Source: Lingula anatina (Eukaryota; Animalia; Brachiopoda). Taken from it: 64,000 bases of DNA. Below are positions 11,801 through 21,586 of this stretch, in pieces. The stretch covers positions 13,206,001 to 13,270,000 of the forward strand of contig CM120649.1 of NCBI GenBank assembly GCA_051362555.1. Direction: 5' to 3'. Below the pieces are notes generated by a model. That model saw nothing but the letters and a program-made list of their open reading frames with translations. It was not told where the DNA came from and did not search any database. Position 1 is the stretch's first letter. Every line of letters starts with the position of its first letter. The translations under genes and the position numbers were made by a program.

Positions 11801-14800
11801 GTTGCTTGAGGTACCCTCCTTTCGGAGTCATGTAATCAAGTCATGTGATCATGTTTTGCCAAAGGGTCGAAACTTGTTGTCTCATAAGGGACACGATCAA
11901 AAATAATTAAATATATATATATATATTTGATTGAACAGTTAAAGAGATAAAAACTCTTCGTATGAGATCTATATTTTACAATAAAAACATTGTAAACAAC
12001 TCATAGAAATATAATTAATATATTCTGTTTTAACACAAAAAACGGCAGTTATAGCTATTATTCTGATATCTGATCTTGTCATCGGACCACGTGACCTCCA
12101 TAGATGGCTATACTCTTTAATAATCCTTTAAGAGATTATTACAAAAAAAACTTTTTAGAAAAAAACAGGGACAAACTTTACTCCAGTTTACTCCAGGAAA
12201 ATTCATTTTTTTGCCAAAACAAACAGTTATTATCCCTTTAAGGTCGTTTTTATTTATACCAAAATCCCTAAAGAAAACTTATTGTTCATGGAATCAAAAC
12301 GATAATCCGAAATGATTGACAAGATTACATAAGAGCTCTGAAGCGTAGAGTGACTAAAATATTATGGTAGGCAGATACGCATTAAGGTATTTTGTGGGGT
12401 CGCAGATGGAATATATGGCAAAGTTGAATATAAAGGGACTGTCAAATGACGCAATAATAAAATATAAAATAAGGAAATAAACATTCAGGGGCTTTGATAG
12501 AGAAAACTTTTTAGAATTGTTCGTAAAAAACATCACGGAATGCAGAATAATACAAAATCTATCAAAATATATATTATTTTTACCTGAACGTAATCTCGGC
12601 AGGGTGAATTGTTGTCATACTCCAAATCTACATGTGTAAATTCAAGCACCACTGTTTGGTCTGTTCTGGTAGTTGATATTTCAAACACACAAAAACAGTT
12701 GGCTTCGTAGGCTGACGGGTAGCCGGGAGATGAGATGTTTCCAGACTGGTCAATGTATGTACCGCCGCAATCTGAGAAGTAAAAAAGGAAGGTTGTTGGT
12801 TGCAGTCCATATATAGTTTGAGCTGGGACTGACCGGTTTTATAATAATTAGATGAGAAAGACCCTCAATCGCATCAAAGGTATAAACGTCGAGCGTTAGA
12901 CGTGTATGCAGCAGAAAAGGGACATATTTCCACTTTTTTGCAAGGAAGCTTAGGCAACAGATAAATTGTCAGTTGTGGACTTACCACATGACGAGGATAT
13001 TCTATCGTAGTTGGACATTTCGTATTTGTCTGTAGCAAAACGTAATTCACGACTTTGGAGAAGACCAAGTGCCGCTTTAGGGCCGTATAGGTCTCTCAGA
13101 GCGTTGGAGTTAAAACAGATTGACCATGACAGGAGGAAGTGAAGGTATCGAGAAAAGCATAAGAAAGCATAGACCCTGCAAACCTATGGCAATGTGATTG
13201 TCTAAGAAACGGTTTTAGAAATTAAGTGTTGACCAAAATTTGTTCTTTACTGTTCGCATTGTGACCTATTTCAACAAATCCGAAGAAGTCTACTTATATA
13301 AAACGGCCACTGGTGTAAAACATCAACCTTTAAGAATAAATGACTAACCGTTGTTGGCCTCAATGTCAGCATGAAACCCTTGCCTCGTTCCATAAGTGTC
13401 CGAAATCAACAGTAAACGAATGCCTGTGTTGGTCAGCATTGTCAGTCCCGTCCACAAGCCGCAGAGACCAATCATGTACTTGTCGTAAGTGTAGTCAAAC
13501 AACTGAAATAAAAATGAATTGTAATGAGAGAGGTAATGTTCTGTCACCAGACCCCGAGCATATATCTAGCTATGTGACCTGTTCTAGCTGCCGTGTACAT
13601 GTACATATTAACGTTCGGTTTTACCGCTCGCAACGGTGACTCGATTATGCATTTAATTATTTCGCAAGTTTAGTGTTAGGCTGTTCATTTTTCCTTATTA
13701 AATAATTTCTAATATTTTTTGTTTTTAATGAACTCAAAAATAAAAATTCTACACTCATTATCTGTATCAAAATTGAATCACAGGCTTCATTTATCTTACC
13801 CTTGGTTCTAGATTTCAGTATTGCCAGCTTGATCTTGATTTCAATACTGACGCTAGAAACCAGTGGCAGACTGGGGGTGTGTTCGGCAAAATTTTGCCTG
13901 GGGCGCTTCCATATTTGGAAGTCACATGTCTCGTACGTCATAGATCTGCCCCGCCTGGAGCTGCCTTTCCCTCCTTGAGCTGACGTCATCTCGTGCAGAC
14001 GAGACGAAGCAGCAAAGTGGCTGACGCTGAGTATGAAGTTTGAACTAAGAATACCTTGCAATCGAAAACCAGTGCCGCAACACAAGCACCTTTCTGCTTT
14101 AAAAAACGGATTTTTGGTGTAGCCATTGCGCAGTCCTTATAGTGGTATTGGACATACTTTGCACACGGCAAGCACGTGTATTGTGTTTATATCTTCAGGA
14201 GCAAATGTTTTTTTGATAAGAAAAAAATACAAAAATACAAAAACATCTAGTATGTCTTTTTCTTTTAATAAGATATTATAAATTTTTCAATTCACATCTT
14301 TAAAAAAAGTAAATAAAATTGAATAAAGCAAAATTAAGCTTAACGTTTGATATTGGACTAATGACATTCAACTGCAGATTCAATGCGGAGCAGTTCCTTT
14401 GATTGACGGATACTCGAGATTGCCGCTGTTCGTCAGGGGCACTGTAAACCTACACCATGAAAAGGTATGAATAGTTTAAGCAAGCTAGCTTTATAGTGCC
14501 CTGACACTCAGGGCACATTTATCTGTGCTCATTCACAAGTCTAAAATCTTTAAAGTTGACCCAGACACCATTGCTCACCTTCAACAAATCGTTAGGGCAA
14601 CCCCTGCCAGATTGAATATCAAACGTTGAAAACCGGAGCCTGATGGAGGACCCGTTAGTCAGAGGCTTGATGACGTACAGGCAGTTCACGTTAAGTGGGT
14701 AATTACTTGGGTAATTGGGAGAAGCAACTTCAAGCGCCCCCTCCGGCACTACTTCGTCACAGTCGGCTGCAATACAAAAATACATGTAGGCCTATGTTTC

Positions 14801-15037
14801 CTTTCGTGAACGATGTTTATTTATCTGTCAGTCATTCTGTCCATCTCTCTCTCTCTCTCTCTTTATATATATATATAAAGGCGTGGGGTTCGGGCCCGCT
14901 GAAAGCGAACGGTGCCACTTCGTACGGTTTGGTACTATAAATCAGCTAGTCAAAATTCTAATTCCAAGAGGGGAATATTGATTAGTGTGATTTTTTTCAG
15001 AAACCGAAGGGCCCCTTGACCCCCCCACTAAATCCGC

Positions 15038-15112
<75 letters not shown>

Positions 15113-16678
15113 AAATAAAAATGTCAGCATCAAACATGTTCCGTTTAAACATACCATTCAAAGCGTTAAATGTGGCTGAGAATCCAGTAGAAGAGCGGCT
15201 CGAGTCTGTTTCGAAAATCACCTCATAACCAAGTGCGTGCAAGTGGATGATGTACATAGAAAGGTCTCCACATAGATGTAAGTTCCTCAACCCGGTCAGT
15301 GTGTTGACCTGAGGTGGAGAGATGGGAAAATTGAATCCAAGCTAGTCCTCGAGATCTGTTTTATATATATATAGGCCTATATATATATATTACTAAGCAC
15401 AGGTTTATTTTGAGAAAACTCGGCATTAATGGCCGAGAAAAAGAAATAGGCCTATAGGTTAACAGTTGACTGTATCCAATAAAAAGGATATTTCTGGAAC
15501 TGAAAAAAAAACTGAAAAGACTGCCGAAGTCCATGACTTTAAATATTTTTTTTTCTCGGCCATTAATGCCGAGTTTTCTCAAAATAAACCTGTGCTTAGT
15601 AATACATGCCATTTGATAAAGGTGATACGTAGTGAAATCGGTTTCCATTTAACATCAACAACAACAACAACTTTTTGTAATATACATAAAACGTATTGAC
15701 CCATTAGAGCCTGCGTCATCAAAACAAACGGCAGCCATACTGGAGGGAGACCGGAATCGTCTGCTGCGCATGAACAAGCCATGTCTGTAGTTCAGTTTTC
15801 GTTTTCTGTATTTTTTTTCATATTAGACCGAGCAAAATGATGAATTACTGCAGGGTATTTGATCGAGAGAAGGTAACTTACTTTACAAGCGTTCACAGAC
15901 TGCCTGCAGTGGTAAAAATCCATGGTGAAGGAACTAAAACCATAAACGGAGGAGAGACGGCGAGGTGGCTTTGAATCAAGACTCTTCGGAACAGTAAAGG
16001 ATAAAACTAATTTATTTTATAGCAAAGAATGAAGAGCCAACTGTGCAGATTTACCATAAAAGAAAAAACAGTAGAACACCAAAGACCTAGGTGTGTACGT
16101 TTGGGGCGCACGTATATATTTAAAGTAGTGCCCAAAAAGTGTGGATGGAGAGTGTGTTAATTTGTTAAAACGTGTGGAAATACCCAGGCAGGGTTTCGAC
16201 TTTTATAATGAAGACTCACCTATTGCCTTGGGTGTAATTTGTTATCAGTTACGGTGCTCTCTAGATTTTATCGGCTGTCACCTCTCTCTTTTATACCTGG
16301 TTAGCATTATTCCCAATTAGTGTCAAGGCTATATTTGTACTGTACACAGCTGAGCTGGGCCAATTAAATCAATTACCTGTATGAAGTGTATTTGGAAGTT
16401 AGTGGCTTAATTTTCGATTTGGTGTAGTGATAAGAGTAATTTTATTTTGCAAGTAAATTCTACCTCAGGTGTAATTGACATATAACTTTAATAACCTCAT
16501 GAAATAATTTTGCACTTTCCTCTGTAAAAATGTTAAATTCTGCTCCTTTCAACTGTAATGTTGTAAGTTATAATATGAATAAAAATTACTATTGTTATCT
16601 TTCTATTAATTTAGATTTACATGAAGGAAATTGATCAGGCATTTCCCACCAAGCCACACTGATTGGGTGCAAGTAAAT

Positions 16679-16732
<54 letters not shown>

Positions 16733-19700
16733 ACGGAAGCTTTAGATGACAGGTACAAAAGGCAGCTAGATGACACACAAGGTAGAAGCAGCAAAAAATA
16801 TTCCTAGATCTCTGTGACCAGCTGAGGAGACAGGATCTGAACATCAGGAGAGTGAAATCCAGTGCATGACAGGAGTTATTTAATTGAAGTGACACTCAGA
16901 ACTCAGCATTTCATGCTCACTTTTATTCATACAAAATGTGCACTTTTCCTATATGTTTAAGCAAATGGTTGCAGAAATCAATTCATGAACTGAATTATTA
17001 TTTTACATTGGACATCATAAATACATGATTGTGAAAAATGCCTTGCTTCTGTGAATGACTGAATAATAATAAAATCCTAACAATGTTGCTTATATGAATG
17101 GTTGCATTCATGGTGTATATTAAACTCTCTCAAACAACAGTCTCGTTACATGTACTTTCTAATGAACCAAAATGAAGTACAAGAATGCTGAAATAATTAA
17201 AAAAGTTGATGATGGTATAGAGCAAATGTTCTGCATACTTTACTTCTGTACTGTATAAACAATAGCATCTGAAAATCCCCAATATAGTTAGGCTTTACAT
17301 TAAAAAAAGAGAACAACAAATACCTGATATTGCAGTTTTAAAGTAAATTTAAAATACATGAATTTTGTTCACTGAATACCTAGCAAAATATTCTCAATGC
17401 AAATGGTATATTAAATTTTATAAAATCAGTTTGATACAATACTTTTTATGACAGTAGATGTATTTTGAAAACTTATTTACAACACAACTCACCAGCCTTA
17501 TTTTGATACAAAGGACACGTCTTTTTCATCATTGACATAGTTTCTATTGCTCCATTGATATCAAGTGTATAGTCCCATGGCAAATTCCCATTCTCTAAGT
17601 CCCACTTAAACTGAGGTTTGAGGATATTTGTAGTGCCTAACAAATGCTTCTGTGAATGACTGAACTAATAATAAAATGCTAACAATGCTGCTTATATGAA
17701 TGAACAACAGTCTTGTTACATGTACTTTCCAATGAACCAATATATAGTTTTTAGACTGTTTTGGGTTCATATCGGTCGATCCCGCTGATCAGCTGAAGCC
17801 CCAGCTTGTATATATCCTTTTCCCTTTGGTGTCCTTGATCGTGATATGAAGTTTACTTTATTTTATTTGGTTTACCTATATTTACGCTACTATTCCCCGT
17901 CGTTCATTCCCTCCAGCATGGCCGCGGGACTAGTGTTACGGAGCAAATATGACGTCACTGTAATCGGTTAATTGGATATATATATAGCTAAGAAATTAGC
18001 TGATGATAACTTTGTCTCAACAGTCCAGAATTTTGACATTTTTGTTTGTGTAGAAACATTCAGTACGGTAAGATCAAAAATTGCCCTTCCCACTGGTACC
18101 CACAGTCATATAGAAAAGTTAAGAACAAAAAAGAAAGCGAAAGGCAGACCCTCAGGCGGGATAGTAATTTATTACAAAAAAGAACTTATAAATGGTATTA
18201 AAATACTCAGTAGCAAAAGTGAAAATCTCATGTGGATCCAACTATCAAGCAGACAACTAGGCCTAGAACAAGATGTTTACTTATGTGCAGTATACGTAAA
18301 ACCCAACAACGGTCCATCTGACGAAGCAACATTAGAAATTTTGGAAGAAGAAATCGCTAGTTACCAGAACTATGGGTTAATTTGCTTAGTTGGTGACTTC
18401 AATGCTAGAACTGGATCATTGCCAGACTTCATTAAAAATGATAATACATTTGGTATACCAGTGGCTGATAGTTACACCACAAATAGTTTTTTACAAAAAA
18501 GAAACAATGTAGATACAGTAGTCAACCGCCAAGGAAAAGCCTTGCTTGAACTATGTATGAATAGCAACTTAAGAATATTGAATGGTAGAGTCAAAGGAAA
18601 TTCACTTGGGTATCCCACATGTTACAATAGGCAAGGGTGCAGTGCTGTTGATTATGCAATTGTAAGTGATAGACTGCTGAGCAAAATCATGTATTTAACA
18701 GTTTTACCTATTGATTATTTATCTGACCATTGCCTGCTAGACCTTGCAATCTACACCTCTGGTAGGCCTACTCAAGAAATAGAAACATCACTGCCTATTC
18801 AAAATTTTAAAGATAGCTACTTTTGGGAAACTGGCTCCACTGAGAAATTTGTACAAGCCCTTGAAACTGAAGAAATCCTGAGCGCAATAAGTCATGCACA
18901 AAATACAAACTACCCAGCCTCAAAACACGGAATAAATACTGCCTGTGATGAACTAACAAACATTATTGAAAAAGCTGCAACTATGTCCTTACGAAAAAGA
19001 AATATACCAAAAAGTAATAAAACAAAAAAGAAAATAAAACGAATTAAACAACAGCCATGGTTTGACAGCTCATGCTCTGAAATTAGAAGAAATATCAAAA
19101 ATCTCGGAAGACTTTTACAAAAGAATCCCCACAATAACTTCATCTCTCAAACATATCATGCGGCAACCAAAAAATATAAACAGCTTTTAAAACAAAAGAA
19201 AAGAGAATATAAAGACTCATTACTTAAAAAGCTGATCAATTCTGAACGAAACAATCCAAAAGAATTCTGGAAAACCCTTAAAAACCTAAAGGATAAAGAT
19301 GATAAGAGCAATCCTGTGAACCCTGATATTTGGCAACAACATTTTCAAAAACTCTGTGGCATCCCCCCTGTTGAAGATAAAAGATTAGATGATGAAATTA
19401 AAACCTATGAAAACCAAGAAGGAGACTCTACACTCAACGGTCCAGTAACAATCGGTGAAGTGAAAAAAGCTATTAAAAAACTGAAAAACGGTAAAACTGC
19501 TGGCCAAGACTTAATAAGAAATGAAATGTTAAAATCTGGATCAAAATACTTAGTGGGTCTACTAACAAAGGTTTTTAATTTGGCACTAAACACAGCGGAA
19601 ACACCAGATGCTTGGAACTTGGGCATAATACTGCCACTATACAAATCCGGAGAGCACACAGACCCATCAAATTATAGAGGCCTGTGCATAACCAGCTGCC

Positions 19701-21531
19701 TTGGTAAGCTCTTTAATTCCATAATAACGGACAGACTGTCCATCTACCTAGAAGTTAATCGGAAATTGAGTGAAGAACAAGCAGGTTTTAGACCTGGATA
19801 TCGGACAGCCGATCATATTTTCACACTAAAATCACTGATAAACAAGTACATGAATCAAAATAAACGCTTATATGCTTGTTTCATTGATCTACGCAAAGCT
19901 TTCGACACAGTATGGCATAAAGGACTTTTCCTGAAACTTCTCAAAACCGGAATTCGAGGCAGAGTATACAACATTATTAAATACATGTATGAAAACACAA
20001 GATTAGGTGTATCAGTAGACAAAGGATATACTCAACCTTTTTTATCTAAAATTGGCATAAGACAAGGGGACAACCTTAGTCCCATATTGTTTAACATCTT
20101 TATTGATGACATAAAAGCGGAACTCTACAGTGTTAATGACACCTCCAAAGTTGAGGAAATAAGTCATATGCTGTATGCAGATGACTTGGTTTTGATTTCT
20201 AAAACAAAAGATGGCTTGCAAACACTGTTGAATAAACTTGAGAGGTATTGTGAGAGATGGAAATTACGTGTAAACGAAGAGAAATCAAAAGTTATAGTTT
20301 TTCATAAATCTGGTAGAACTGAATCACTTAATTTTGTCATAAATGATAGACCAATTGAAATAGTAAAACAATATCAGTACTTAGGGGTAATATTTACTTA
20401 CACGGGATCACTAAAGAAAACTTTGGAAAATCTAAAACAAAAAGCCCTCAAAGCAATCTTTGCCTTAAAAGGAGCACTAGCATCAAATGAAATCTCCTCT
20501 CCACTCCTTACAATGTCACTCTTTGACAAAATGATAAAGCCCATACTACTTTATGGGTGTGAAGTCTGGGGACAAGAAATATTATCACAAAAAAAGATGA
20601 CTTTGGAAAAACTAAATAAAATGCCTTTCGAGCAAGTACACTTGAAATTTTGTAAGTGGGCATTAGGTGTAAGGAAATCTGCCAGCAATAATGCTTGCCG
20701 AGCAGAAATGGGTCGCTTCCCAATATATTTGGACATAGTAAAATTAGTCTCAAAATACAGTGCTAGACTCCAAGAACTCCCAGATAACAGAATTGTTAAA
20801 CAAGCATATAACAGGGAAAAAATAGAAAATGGAAGTAACTGGCATCAGACAATGTCAAATATTAAATTATGTTGGGAACTTAATACAAACAGACATAATT
20901 GCGAAATCCACAACTACCCAGATCTTGAAATAGAAATAACCAATGAAATAAAACGAAAATTTTGGGAAGAAATCCATAGAAATACCAACAACAAACTCCG
21001 CACCTACAGCAAAATTAAGAAATCCTATGAAGCTGAGCCATATTTGGAATTAAAAGTCCCTTTTACACATAAAAAAATTCTAGCCAAAATGAGGGTCAGT
21101 GACCACGAGTTAGAGATTGAAAGAGGCAGATATACCCACCCCAAAACAAAAATTGAGGACAGAAAGTGTCCTCACTGTAATGCAGTGGAAGATGAAGCTC
21201 ACTTTTTTCTTGAGTGTACTACTTATAATCTAGACAGAGAAACATTATTTGCTGCCTTACCAGAGGTAAATGTGCAGGGTCTAGCAGACGATACACTATC
21301 CGCCCTATTAAATGTGTCAAATGAGAGAGGTGTGTCCGCACTTGTAAAGTTTATAAACAGTGCTATGAGAAAACGGAAGCTATCCAAATTGAGATAACAC
21401 CTGGTATTATACTTTAACTTTATTATTACTATATACATGTATTTAAACTTAAGTATATTATAATTAGTAGTGTAGAGAGCCTATAAATGTACACTCATTT
21501 CATGTGCTCAATAAATTATTATTATTATTAT

Positions 21532-21586
<55 letters not shown>

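Noticed and set aside
17972-17986. TTG start giving MDIYI N-terminus of the 1141-aa ORF
   Set aside because: These codons are flanking (TA)n target sequence. The LINE is 5'-truncated and no real start is present.
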